Below are positions 39,972 through 48,983 of a DNA stretch of 64,000 bases, one piece after another. The position numbers and the translations under genes were made by a program. Every line of letters starts with the position of its first letter. The first letter of the stretch is position 1. Source of the stretch: Flavobacteriales bacterium (GTDB lineage: Bacteria; Bacteroidota; Bacteroidia; UBA4408); the NCBI GenBank assembly GCA_040383485.1, contig JBEIDK010000001.1:5952-69951 (forward strand), read 5' to 3'. The notes below the pieces were generated by a model. That model was not told the DNA's origin. It saw nothing but the letters and a program-made list of their open reading frames with translations, and searched no databases.

Positions 39972-40636
39972 TGGAAAAAATTTACAAATTTGTTATTAAA
40001 CCAATCATTAAACTTTATTTGAAAACAGAACCCATTGTTAAAATTGATGGATTTAAAATAAAAGTATTTAAAACAGTATTCCATCCTAGTCTATTTTTTA
40101 GCACAAAGTTTTTTTATAGTTTTTTAATAAAACAAGAACTTACCAATAAAAAATTTCTAGAAATTGGCTGCGGCACAGGTATACTAAGCATGTTGGCTTA
40201 TAAAAAAAAAGCAATTGTAACCGCATGCGACATTAATTTAAAAGCAATAGAAAACGCGAAATACAACTTCGAAAATAATATAACTAAAAATAGTAATTCT
40301 TATGTTTTATTAGAAAGCGACGTATTCTTGAAAATACCAATTCAAGAATTTGATGTAATAGCTATAAATCCACCCTACTATTTTAAGGAAATAAATGTTG
40401 CCGAACAATATGCTTGGAATTGTGGAGAAAACGGAGAATACTTTGAAAAGCTGTTTTCTCAGTTAAGAAACTATATTAATACTAATTCAAAGGTATATAT
40501 GATTCTTGCAGAAGTGTGCGATATTGATAGAATAAAAAGCATTGCATCTAAAAATAAATTTGTAATGAATATTGTAGAGGAGAAAAAAATAAAATGGGAA
40601 AGAAGTTTTATTTTTTTAGTTGAAATGATGAATTGA
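39968..40636 (+). CDS. Class I SAM-dependent methyltransferase with NPPY motif (HemK/PrmC-like small-domain type)
   Basis: LEIGCGTGILS (motif I) and VIAINPPYY (motif IV). Its start overlaps the radical SAM stop by 4 nt (ATGA). Confidence 0.75.
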   Translation: MMEKIYKFVIKPIIKLYLKTEPIVKIDGFKIKVFKTVFHPSLFFSTKFFYSFLIKQELTNKKFLEIGCGTGILSMLAYKKKAIVTACDINLKAIENAKYNFENNITKNSNSYVLLESDVFLKIPIQEFDVIAINPPYYFKEINVAEQYAWNCGENGEYFEKLFSQLRNYINTNSKVYMILAEVCDIDRIKSIASKNKFVMNIVEEKKIKWERSFIFLVEMMN

Positions 40637-40761
40637 TTCGAATCAGATTTCTTGGTATTTGTCAATTGAAGTTTGTCGCATTAGTCCGCATTAGGTAATA
40701 TTATGAATACTTTTGTCAAATAGAATATACGCTGCTGATAAAATTCATTGTATTAAAACTA

Positions 40762-40800
40762 AAATTGGCTGCAAATGCTCTACACATTTGCAGCCAATTT
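40762..40800. terminator. Strong bidirectional hairpin terminator (probably the original acnA terminator)
   Basis: Perfect 16-bp stem AAATTGGCTGCAAATG (40762-40777) / CATTTGCAGCCAATTT (40785-40800) with a 7-nt loop and A/T runs on both sides. Confidence 0.75.
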
Positions 40801-40817
40801 AGAATTTTTCGAAAAGA

Positions 40818-40901
40818 AATCCTTACGCCACACTCTTTCTAATAATATTCAAGGCACCACCTGCTTTATAACATTCCTATTTGTTGTGAGCTATATGAAT
40901 G
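40818..40901 (-). pseudogene. Displaced relic of the aconitase 3' end
   Basis: 84 nt aligning to the live acnA end (41347-41429); 70 of 84 columns are identical, with one 1-nt indel. The minus strand reads HSYSSQQI, then a frame slip, then [17 protein letters not shown]-stop. The live end reads [25 protein letters not shown]-stop. Confidence 0.75.
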
Positions 40902-40910
40902 TCCAAATTT

Positions 40911-41135
40911 TTAAGCAGCATATTCAAATACTAAATTCTCAGCTTCACTATTCTGCGGAGGTATTGGGTAACCTTCCAATTTTAAACCATCCAAATGAAA
41001 TTTAATTCCTTCAATTATATTTAGAATGGTTTCATCCTTTGTTGAGCCCATTCCCACGCACCCTGGCAAATCAGGAACATAAGCACAATAGCCACCATCA
41101 TTGGCTTTTTCAATAATTATTGCATATCGTAACAT
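40911..41135 (-). CDS. hicB: HicB family antitoxin
   Basis: MLRYAIIIEKANDGGYCAYVPDLPGCVGMGSTKDE is the canonical HicB N-terminal domain; 74 aa. Confidence 0.85.
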   Translation of the reverse strand: MLRYAIIIEKANDGGYCAYVPDLPGCVGMGSTKDETILNIIEGIKFHLDGLKLEGYPIPPQNSEAENLVFEYAA

Positions 41136-41150
41136 TTCAATTTAATTTAG

Positions 41151-41340
41151 TTATTTATCAATTTGAGCTTGTTTAAATATACTCTTTTCTAATCCAATAG
41201 TTACATCACTTGATAAACGATGAATTGGTATTGTTACCAATCCTTTTTTCACAGAATGCTTGTATTGAGCGTGACTACCATTCTGCCTAACTTTATAAAC
41301 CATCATCTTCAATGACCTTTATAATATCCTTCGTTTTCAA
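41151..41340 (-). pseudogene. hicA: HicA toxin gene, frameshifted
   Basis: Not in the track. Frame A (TTG 41340) reads (M)KTKDIIKVIEDDG, then a stop. The adjacent frame reads YKVRQNGSHAQYKHSVKKGLVTIPIHRLSSDVTIGLEKSIFKQAQIDK-stop (ends 41151). A single T at 41298 stands where HicA proteins normally have a Trp codon (DGW-Y). Confidence 0.75.
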
Positions 41341-41351
41341 AACATGAATCC

Positions 41352-43616
41352 TTAAGCTACACTCTGTCTTATAATATTCAAAGCACCACCAGCTTTGAAC
41401 CATTCTATTTGTTGTGCATTGTATGAATGATTTACTTTTATTTCATCCTTACTACCATCAGCATGGTTTAATACCAACGTTAATTGAACACCCGGTGCAA
41501 ACGATGTTAAGCCAAGTATATCAATTGAGTCGTCTTCTTTAATCTTATCGTAATCAGCAGTATTTGAGAATGTCAAACCTAACATACCTTGCTTCTTTAG
41601 GTTTGTTTCGTGAATACGTGCAAAAGATTTTACCAATACTGCACGCACACCTAAATGACGAGGCTCCATTGCTGCATGTTCACGCGATGAACCTTCACCA
41701 TAGTTTTCGTCACCAACCACAATACTTCCTAAACCAGCAGCTTTGTAAGCACGCTGAGTTGCAGGCACTGCGCCATATTCGCCAGTTAACTGGTTTTTTA
41801 CATTGTCGGTTTTATCATTAAATGCATTGGTTGCACCAATCAACATATTGTTGCTGATGTTATCTAAATGTCCTCGGAATTTCAACCAAGGGCCAGCCAT
41901 TGAAATATGGTCAGTTGTACATTTTCCTTTTGCCTTAATTAATAGTTTTAAACCAGTAATGTTGGTTCCTTCCCAAGCTGCAAATGGGTCAAGCAATTGC
42001 AAGCGTCCTGATGTTGGACTTACTGCAACTTGTACTTTACTTCCATCTTCGGCAGGAGCAATAAAACCAGCATCTTCAACAGCGAATCCTTTTTCTGGCA
42101 ATTCGCTTCCTGTAGGAGCATCAAGCATTACCGATTCACCATTTTCATTAATTAATGAATCTGTTAATGGATTAAAAGCTAATGTCCCTGCAATTGCCAA
42201 AGCAGTAACTATTTCAGGTGAACCAACAAATGCATGTGTATTTGGATTTCCATCAGCACGCTTGCTAAAGTTACGGTTGAATGAATGTACAATTGTGTTT
42301 TTCTCACCTTTGTCAGCGCCATCTCTATCCCACATACCAATACAAGGACCACATGCATTTGAAAAAACATTTGCCCCCATTTGATTGAATGTATCAATGA
42401 AACCATCACGCTCAATAGTGTATCTCACTTGTTCCGAACCTGGCGTGATTGTGAACTGTGCCTTTGATTTTAGTTTTTTATCAACAGCTTGTTTTGCTAA
42501 TGAAGCAGAACGGCTAATATCTTCGTAAGATGAATTGGTACAAGAACCAATTAAACCTACTTGAATTTGCATTGGCCAACCATTTTTCTCAGCTTCAGCT
42601 TTTACTTGACTAATTGGGGTTGCACGGTCAGGAGTAAAAGGACCATTTAAGTGAGGTTCCAAAGTATTTAAGTCGATAGTAATTACTTCATCAAAATACA
42701 TTTCTGGATTTGCATACACTTCTGGGTCGCCATTCAAATGCGCTTTTACACTGTTTGCCAATTCTGCAACATCGGCACGTCCTGTAGATTTTAAATAGCG
42801 AGCCATTGAATCATCGTAACCAAATGTTGAAGTGGTTGCACCAACTTCAGCACCCATATTACAAATGGTACCTTTACCAGTACATGATAGACTTTCGGCA
42901 CCATCGCCAAAATATTCTATTACTTTATCAGTACCACCTTTTACGGTTAAAATGCCAGCCACTTTTAAAATTACATCTTTTGCAGATGCCCAACCATTTA
43001 ACTTTCCAGTAAGTTTTACACCAATTAGTTTTGGCATTTTCAATTCCCAAGGTAAGCCTGCCATAACATCGCAAGCATCAGCACCACCAACACCAATAGC
43101 AATCATACCTAAACCACCAGCGTTTACTGTGTGAGAGTCAGTGCCAATCATCATCCCACCAGGGAATGCATAATTTTCTAACACTACTTGGTGAATGATA
43201 CCTGCGCCTGGTTTCCAGAAACCAATTCCATATTTATTACTTACTGATGTAAGAAAATCATATACTTCTTTATTTACATCAATGGCACGAGCCAAATCTT
43301 TTTCTGAATTTGTTTTAGCTGTAATTAAATGGTCGCAATGCACTGTTGAAGGCACTGCAACTTTAGGACGGCCTGCTTGCATAAATTGCAATAATGCCAT
43401 TTGCGCTGTAGCATCTTGCATGGCTACACGGTCGGGATTAAAATCTACATAAGAACTACCACGGCTATATGCTGCTGATGGCAAGGCTTCAGCAAGGTGT
43501 GAATATAAAATTTTTTCTGTTAAGGTTAATGGTTTTCCAACTACCTTGCGCGCTGCTTCAATTCTTTCGCCCATTCCAGCATATAGGGCCTTAATCATTT
43601 CAATGTCGTATGCCAT
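41352..43616 (-). CDS. acnA: Aconitate hydratase (754-aa monomeric type)
   Basis: Fe-S ligand regions ([23 protein letters not shown]) and a C-terminal swivel domain. Confidence 0.95.
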   Translation of the reverse strand: MAYDIEMIKALYAGMGERIEAARKVVGKPLTLTEKILYSHLAEALPSAAYSRGSSYVDFNPDRVAMQDATAQMALLQFMQAGRPKVAVPSTVHCDHLITAKTNSEKDLARAIDVNKEVYDFLTSVSNKYGIGFWKPGAGIIHQVVLENYAFPGGMMIGTDSHTVNAGGLGMIAIGVGGADACDVMAGLPWELKMPKLIGVKLTGKLNGWASAKDVILKVAGILTVKGGTDKVIEYFGDGAESLSCTGKGTICNMGAEVGATTSTFGYDDSMARYLKSTGRADVAELANSVKAHLNGDPEVYANPEMYFDEVITIDLNTLEPHLNGPFTPDRATPISQVKAEAEKNGWPMQIQVGLIGSCTNSSYEDISRSASLAKQAVDKKLKSKAQFTITPGSEQVRYTIERDGFIDTFNQMGANVFSNACGPCIGMWDRDGADKGEKNTIVHSFNRNFSKRADGNPNTHAFVGSPEIVTALAIAGTLAFNPLTDSLINENGESVMLDAPTGSELPEKGFAVEDAGFIAPAEDGSKVQVAVSPTSGRLQLLDPFAAWEGTNITGLKLLIKAKGKCTTDHISMAGPWLKFRGHLDNISNNMLIGATNAFNDKTDNVKNQLTGEYGAVPATQRAYKAAGLGSIVVGDENYGEGSSREHAAMEPRHLGVRAVLVKSFARIHETNLKKQGMLGLTFSNTADYDKIKEDDSIDILGLTSFAPGVQLTLVLNHADGSKDEIKVNHSYNAQQIEWFKAGGALNIIRQSVA

Positions 43617-43800
43617 GATATTGTATCTAATATTGTTTGTAATTTTTGAGTTGCGAATGTAGAAATTTATTTGCTAAATATTTATTAGTTCAACAAATGA
43701 ATATTTTATGTTATAAAATAATTGACGATTTGTGTAAAATTATTAATCACCCTCGGAATAATAAAACAATATATATATTTACCACCCAAAACATTTTTTC

Positions 43801-46314
43801 ATGACTAAAAATTACCTTTTTACTGCTATTTTATTGATTGTTATTCTAATTAGTTCAAATATATTTTCTCAAATAAATGAAGGCGGAGTGCCCATTTCAA
43901 TTGCAACTAATTCAAACAACTTCATTCCAGTTTATAATTTGCCCGAAACACCTGTCGATGATTTAATTGCAGAAGATATACAACGTGATTCTGAAAAAAG
44001 TTTACCTTATCGTTTCGGATACAATCATTATGTGGCCTTGAATCTTCACAATAGTGGAACTTGGACCACTCTTGCTAATGGGTCTAAGCTTTGGCAATTG
44101 GCAATTTACAGTGAAGATGCAAAATCAATAAACATAACTTTTGATAAATATCATTTACCAGAAGGTGCCAAACTTTTTATTTATAGTTCCGATAAGAAAG
44201 AAATTATAGGTGCTTTTACAAAGCGAAATAATCAACAAGACCAAAAGCTAGGATGTACATTGGTACATGGTGAAATGTCGATTTTAGAATATTATGAGCC
44301 AGCAAATGCAGAGTTTACCGGGCAATTACAATTATGGAGAGTAACTCATGGCTATAGAAGTTTGCAAAACTATGCTATAAAAGCATACGGAGATGCCGGC
44401 AGCTGCAATAATAACGTTAACTGCCCAATAGGTGGCGCTTGGCAAGACCAAAAAAGAAGTGTGGCATGTATAGTAGTAGGTGGCAATGAGAGTTGCACAG
44501 GAGCAATGGTAAATGATGTTCCTCAAGATGGCACTCCTTATTTTTTAACCGCAAACCATTGCACAGATGGTACCGAAAGTACTTGGGTTTTCAGATTCAA
44601 TTGGGAAAGTGCCACATGTTTAAACGCAAATGGGCCAACTAACCAAACTGTTAGTGGTTCAGCTGTAAAAGCTAAAAATGCTAATTCTGATGTTGCCTTG
44701 TTACAACTAAACTCTGTCCCTCCTTCAAGTTATAATATTTATTATTCAGGTTGGTCAAATTTGGACGTGCCGGCTGATTCAACTGTTTGTATTCACCACC
44801 CAAGTGGTGATATTAAAAAAATTTCTTTTGCTCCAGGGGCTACTAGTTCAAGTGTTTATAGTTCAGCCATGTGCTGGAAAACTGCGCAGTGGTTTGATGG
44901 ATTATTAAATGGAGCTACAGAGCCTGGCTCATCAGGTTCACCGCTATTTGATATGCAACACAGAATTATAGGGCAACTTTATGGCGGACCTTCAAATTGT
45001 TCATCTCCTGCGGGTCAACGTCATGATTTTTATGGTAAATTTTCTAGTTCATGGGATTCTGGCGCAACAGCAGCAACAAGATTAAAGGATTGGCTTGACC
45101 CCCAAAATACTGGAGCTACGACTATTAATGGAATGAATGCAGTACCTCCTGTTGCCAATAATACAGGAATCGCTGGAGTAGTATCTCCAAATTCTTCCTT
45201 TACTTCATGTGATTTAAATATAACACCAGAAGTAACATTATTCAATTATGGAAATAATACTATTACTAGCGTAACTATTACTTATAGTATTGATGGAGGA
45301 GCAAACAACACATATAATTGGTCAGGTTCATTAGCTCCTGGTTCAAGCCAAATAGTATTATTACCTAATGTGCTATTATCAAATGCAGGTGCACATACAA
45401 TTACTGTTTCTACAAGCATGCCAAATGGACTACCCGACGGTAACACAACGAATGATTCGAACACTTCTTCTTTCTCGATTACTGACCCTAATCAAAGTGT
45501 ATCAATTCCATTTGTTGAGGATTTTACAATGCAAACATTCCCGAATAATGGATGGAGAGTTTTAAATCCAGATAACAACACTACCTGGGCATTTCAAACA
45601 AGTTTCACTGTCTCAAATGCCCCTGGATCATCAGGCAAATCACTTAGATATAGAAATAAGCCTGCTGGTGGGTCAACATTAGTAGCAGGTCAATTAGATT
45701 ATGCCATTACTCCTTTCTATAATTTTACTGGTCAGGGTTCTCCATTGAATTTGTATTTTTATCATGCTTATGCAAAATATAATAACTCAAATGATTCTTT
45801 AATTATTTCATTTACCAAAGATTGCGGAATATCATGGACAAGACTTAAGGGTTTCAGCGCTGATGACTTAGCTCTAAATAGCGGAGGAAACACGACATCA
45901 AATACCAGTTTTATTCCTAGTGCAGATTCGATGTGGGTAAGAGATTCAATTGATATAAGTGCTGTTGCTGGTTTATCAGGAATTCAATTTGCATTTATAA
46001 ATAGAACTGATTTGGGAAATAGTTTATTCATTGATAGAATTAATATTAATGACAATCCTGTTGGGATTAATGAAAGCAATAATTTATATCAAATATCAAT
46101 TTTTCCAAACCCCGCTAATAGTGAAATTAATTTCAGTGCAAATAATTCAGATAATTATCAATTGAATTTATTTAATGTTTTAGGAGAAAACGTATACTCT
46201 GGTAGGTTTACAGCTAGTACAAAAATTTCTACTAATAAATTTAGTAAAGGCATTTATATTGTAGAAATTAATTACAAAAACAATAAAATAAATAAAAGAA
46301 TAGTAATTAATTAG
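43801..46314 (+). CDS. Secreted S1-family (lysyl-endopeptidase-like) serine protease with T9SS C-terminal sorting domain
   Basis: Catalytic triad contexts LTANHC, NSDVALLQL and EPGSSGSPLF. C-terminus ISIFPNPANSEINF...GIYIVEINYKNNKINKRIVIN. Confidence 0.75.
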   Translation: MTKNYLFTAILLIVILISSNIFSQINEGGVPISIATNSNNFIPVYNLPETPVDDLIAEDIQRDSEKSLPYRFGYNHYVALNLHNSGTWTTLANGSKLWQLAIYSEDAKSINITFDKYHLPEGAKLFIYSSDKKEIIGAFTKRNNQQDQKLGCTLVHGEMSILEYYEPANAEFTGQLQLWRVTHGYRSLQNYAIKAYGDAGSCNNNVNCPIGGAWQDQKRSVACIVVGGNESCTGAMVNDVPQDGTPYFLTANHCTDGTESTWVFRFNWESATCLNANGPTNQTVSGSAVKAKNANSDVALLQLNSVPPSSYNIYYSGWSNLDVPADSTVCIHHPSGDIKKISFAPGATSSSVYSSAMCWKTAQWFDGLLNGATEPGSSGSPLFDMQHRIIGQLYGGPSNCSSPAGQRHDFYGKFSSSWDSGATAATRLKDWLDPQNTGATTINGMNAVPPVANNTGIAGVVSPNSSFTSCDLNITPEVTLFNYGNNTITSVTITYSIDGGANNTYNWSGSLAPGSSQIVLLPNVLLSNAGAHTITVSTSMPNGLPDGNTTNDSNTSSFSITDPNQSVSIPFVEDFTMQTFPNNGWRVLNPDNNTTWAFQTSFTVSNAPGSSGKSLRYRNKPAGGSTLVAGQLDYAITPFYNFTGQGSPLNLYFYHAYAKYNNSNDSLIISFTKDCGISWTRLKGFSADDLALNSGGNTTSNTSFIPSADSMWVRDSIDISAVAGLSGIQFAFINRTDLGNSLFIDRININDNPVGINESNNLYQISIFPNPANSEINFSANNSDNYQLNLFNVLGENVYSGRFTASTKISTNKFSKGIYIVEINYKNNKINKRIVIN

Positions 46315-46328
46315 TAATATAATTTTGC

Positions 46329-47318
46329 CTAAAATAATATTCTAAATATACTTCCGTTGGGAGAGTTATTCGTAACATGAATAGAACCTGAGTGTGCCTC
46401 AACTAATTGTCTAGTAATAAACAAACCAAGTCCGGTACCTTTGGTTCTTCTCGTTTCTTCATTACCTATCCGGTAGAATTTTTTAAATATTTCACTCTTT
46501 TCATTCTCTGGAATACCTACACCATTATCTTTTACTAAGAGTTCAATTTTTTCTTCAATTCTCTTTAACTCAATCATTATTGTAGATTGTTCATTGCTAT
46601 ATTTAATGGCATTTTCAATAAGGTTGGTGAGTATTGAAGTGTAGGAGTCAAAATCAAAAAAATGATATAATTCGGCTTCAATTTTTGACAAAATAGTTCT
46701 TTTTGAATTTTTGAATGCGATGGTTTGGATTATGTTTTCGGTAGTTTTAGAAATATTTTGATTTTCAATATTAAGTTGATAATGGCTATTGTCTATTTGG
46801 GTGGCAGTTAAAATATTATTCGTTAGTGTATTTAGTCTATCTAAATCGTTTAAAGCATTGCTAATTATTTTATCCTGTTTTTCCTTATCTAGTTGCCTTT
46901 TTAGAATTGTTTCTAATTGAAGTCTTGCTGAGGCCAATGGAGATTTTAATTCATGAGTAACACTTAATAAAAAGTTATGCTGTCTTTTGTTTAATTCATT
47001 TTCAGCATTCATAACTTTTATTAATCTATATACACCAAATGATAGAATGATAATAAATACTGAGCCTTCTCCAATAATCATCCATAATCTTTGTTTTAAT
47101 TTTTTTGTAAAAATTTGACTCCGATTTTTTCTTTCATTTTCATTCACACTTGTAAAAGCAATATTTTCAATTTTATTATTAAATACTTCTTTATTCAATT
47201 GTGATAAAAGATAACCCCACCATACCAATTGCATGAAAACATAGAATACCAACATGAAAAGCAACAGTTTGGTATTTGATTTAATTTTATTCATATTTTT
47301 TTTTACAAAAGTATCCAT
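46329..47318 (-). CDS. Sensor histidine kinase (two TM segments, HisKA + HATPase_c)
   Basis: H-box SVTHELKSPLA, N-box LIENAIKYS, G-boxes DNGVGIP and GTGLGL. No response regulator gene is adjacent. Confidence 0.85.
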   Translation of the reverse strand: MDTFVKKNMNKIKSNTKLLLFMLVFYVFMQLVWWGYLLSQLNKEVFNNKIENIAFTSVNENERKNRSQIFTKKLKQRLWMIIGEGSVFIIILSFGVYRLIKVMNAENELNKRQHNFLLSVTHELKSPLASARLQLETILKRQLDKEKQDKIISNALNDLDRLNTLTNNILTATQIDNSHYQLNIENQNISKTTENIIQTIAFKNSKRTILSKIEAELYHFFDFDSYTSILTNLIENAIKYSNEQSTIMIELKRIEEKIELLVKDNGVGIPENEKSEIFKKFYRIGNEETRRTKGTGLGLFITRQLVEAHSGSIHVTNNSPNGSIFRILF

Positions 47319-47375
47319 AATGAAATAAATAAATGAAAATGAATTTGCGTTATTTGCGTGAATTTAATTTATTAA

Positions 47376-48512
47376 ATGCTGAAATTTAAATTAGAAAAAA
47401 CTGATAAGCTTTCTAAAGCTAGAGCAGGAGAAATAGAAACTGCACATGGCAAAATTCAAACACCTATTTTTATGCCTGTAGGCACTGTAGGCACTGTAAA
47501 GGCTGTACACCAACATGAACTTAAAGATGATATAAAGTCTCAAATTATACTCGGGAATACTTATCATTTATATTTAAGACCAGGTACAAAGGTTCTTGAA
47601 CAAGCAGGAGGTTTGCATAAATTTATGAATTGGAATGGTCCAATTTTAACAGACAGCGGAGGCTATCAAGTATACTCACTTTCTGGCACAAGAAAAATAA
47701 ATGAAGAAGGTGTAAAATTTGCTTCTCACATAGATGGATCAGTTCATCATTTTACACCTGAATATGCAATGGACATACAACGCAGTATAGGTGGTGATAT
47801 AATTATGGCATTCGATGAATGTACTCCTTATCCATGCGATTATAACTATGCAAGAAGGTCAATGGAAATGACACACAGATGGCTGAAACGTTGTATTAGT
47901 AGAGTAGATGAAACAAGCGGTTTATATGACTACCACCAATCGCTATTTCCCATTGTACAAGGCAGCACTTATAAAGATTTGAGGTTAAAGTCAGCCGAAT
48001 TTATTGCCGAACAAAATAGAGAAGGAAACGCCATTGGTGGGCTTAGTGTAGGTGAGCCAGATGATGAAATGTATAGAATTAGTGAATTAGTTTGTGATAT
48101 ACTTCCGAGTGAAAAGCCAAGGTATTTAATGGGTGTAGGTACTCCAATTAATATTCTTGAAAATATTGCTTTGGGTATTGATATGTTTGATTGCGTAATG
48201 CCAACCAGAAATGCCAGAAATGGAATGTTATTTACTTGGAATGGAGTAATAAATATAAAAAATAAGAAATGGGAAAGTGATTTTTCATATTTAGATATAG
48301 ATGAAGGGAATAGCTATGTTGATAAATTTTATACGAAGGCATATCTGAGACATCTTTTTACTGTAGGCGAAAGATTAGCGGCGCAAATTGCGAGTTTACA
48401 TAACTTAGCATTTTATATGGCACTAGTGACTGAAGCAAGAAAACAAATTATTAATGGTAATTTCATCCCTTGGAAAATGAAAACCATCGAAAAATTATCT
48501 CAAAGAATATAA
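47376..48512 (+). CDS. tgt: tRNA-guanine transglycosylase
   Basis: TPIFMPVGT, LTDSGGYQ, GLSVGEP and the C-terminal Zn-site region. Confidence 0.95.
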   Translation: MLKFKLEKTDKLSKARAGEIETAHGKIQTPIFMPVGTVGTVKAVHQHELKDDIKSQIILGNTYHLYLRPGTKVLEQAGGLHKFMNWNGPILTDSGGYQVYSLSGTRKINEEGVKFASHIDGSVHHFTPEYAMDIQRSIGGDIIMAFDECTPYPCDYNYARRSMEMTHRWLKRCISRVDETSGLYDYHQSLFPIVQGSTYKDLRLKSAEFIAEQNREGNAIGGLSVGEPDDEMYRISELVCDILPSEKPRYLMGVGTPINILENIALGIDMFDCVMPTRNARNGMLFTWNGVINIKNKKWESDFSYLDIDEGNSYVDKFYTKAYLRHLFTVGERLAAQIASLHNLAFYMALVTEARKQIINGNFIPWKMKTIEKLSQRI

Positions 48513-48647
48513 AGAAATCATTGATGAAGTAGGCTTTTTTGGCTATTAAACAAAAAATCAAAGTATAATTTTTTTGTCAATTAAATTATTGTACTACATT
48601 TGCGAAAGTTAGAAAGTTACATTTCACATTTGAAAGCTAAAAAGAAT

Positions 48648-48890
48648 ATGAATCCTATATACAATAAACTTACTTTAATCACATTAATTGTGTTGTTTAT
48701 TTCAATTATTTTTCCAATTGAAGTATTTTCGCAAGCTTTACCGCCACCGCCACCTCCGCCTCCAGGAGGAGGACCACCATGTTGGCCACCACCATGTATC
48801 CCAATCAATAAGGGTCTAATATTTTTGGCTATAGCAGCTTTCTTGCTTGCTACATATCAACTAAAAATTTTCAGAACAAAAACAAAATAA
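48648..48890 (+). CDS. 80-aa secreted poly-proline mini-protein with a sorting-signal-like C-terminus
   Basis: From ATG 48648: signal peptide (LTLITLIVLFISIIFPIEVFSQA), PPPPPPPPGGGPPCWPPPC, then IPINKG plus a TM helix (LIFLAIAAFLLATY) plus a basic tail (KIFRTKTK). A strong terminator follows. Confidence 0.55.
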   Translation: MNPIYNKLTLITLIVLFISIIFPIEVFSQALPPPPPPPPGGGPPCWPPPCIPINKGLIFLAIAAFLLATYQLKIFRTKTK

Positions 48891-48928
48891 ATCAAAAAGA
48901 CTACTTAATAGGTAGTCTTTTTGATTTA
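48891..48928 (+). terminator. Rho-independent terminator
   Basis: 14-bp stem ATCAAAAAGACTAC / GTAGTCTTTTTGAT around a ~7-nt loop, directly after the stop at 48890, followed by a T-rich tail. Confidence 0.8.
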
Positions 48929-48983
48929 TAACTGTCATGTTAGTTTATTCAATATATTTGAAACTAAATATAATTGAAAAATT

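Larger units (their letters stand above)
40902..41346 (-). mobile_element. 445-bp hicAB cassette bracketed by the duplicated acnA 3' end
   Basis: The segment between the two repeat copies contains only hicA (disrupted) and hicB. No recombinase is present in the window. Confidence 0.45.

Noticed and set aside
40775-41005. 76-aa plus-strand ORF
   Set aside because: It begins inside the terminator hairpin, runs through the acnA relic, and ends antisense to hicB. The region is better explained by those features.
41564-43452. Seven track ORFs inside the aconitase gene: five antisense on the plus strand and two off-frame on the minus strand (42209..42415, and others)
   Set aside because: All are embedded in acnA, a gene visibly less AT-rich than its surroundings, which lowers stop-codon frequency in alternative frames. 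None has recognisable motifs.
48617-48808. 63-aa minus-strand ORF encoding a poly-Gly stretch
   Set aside because: It is the antisense of the poly-Pro coding island. The plus-strand product has a signal peptide, a TM segment and a terminator, so it is the more coherent gene.
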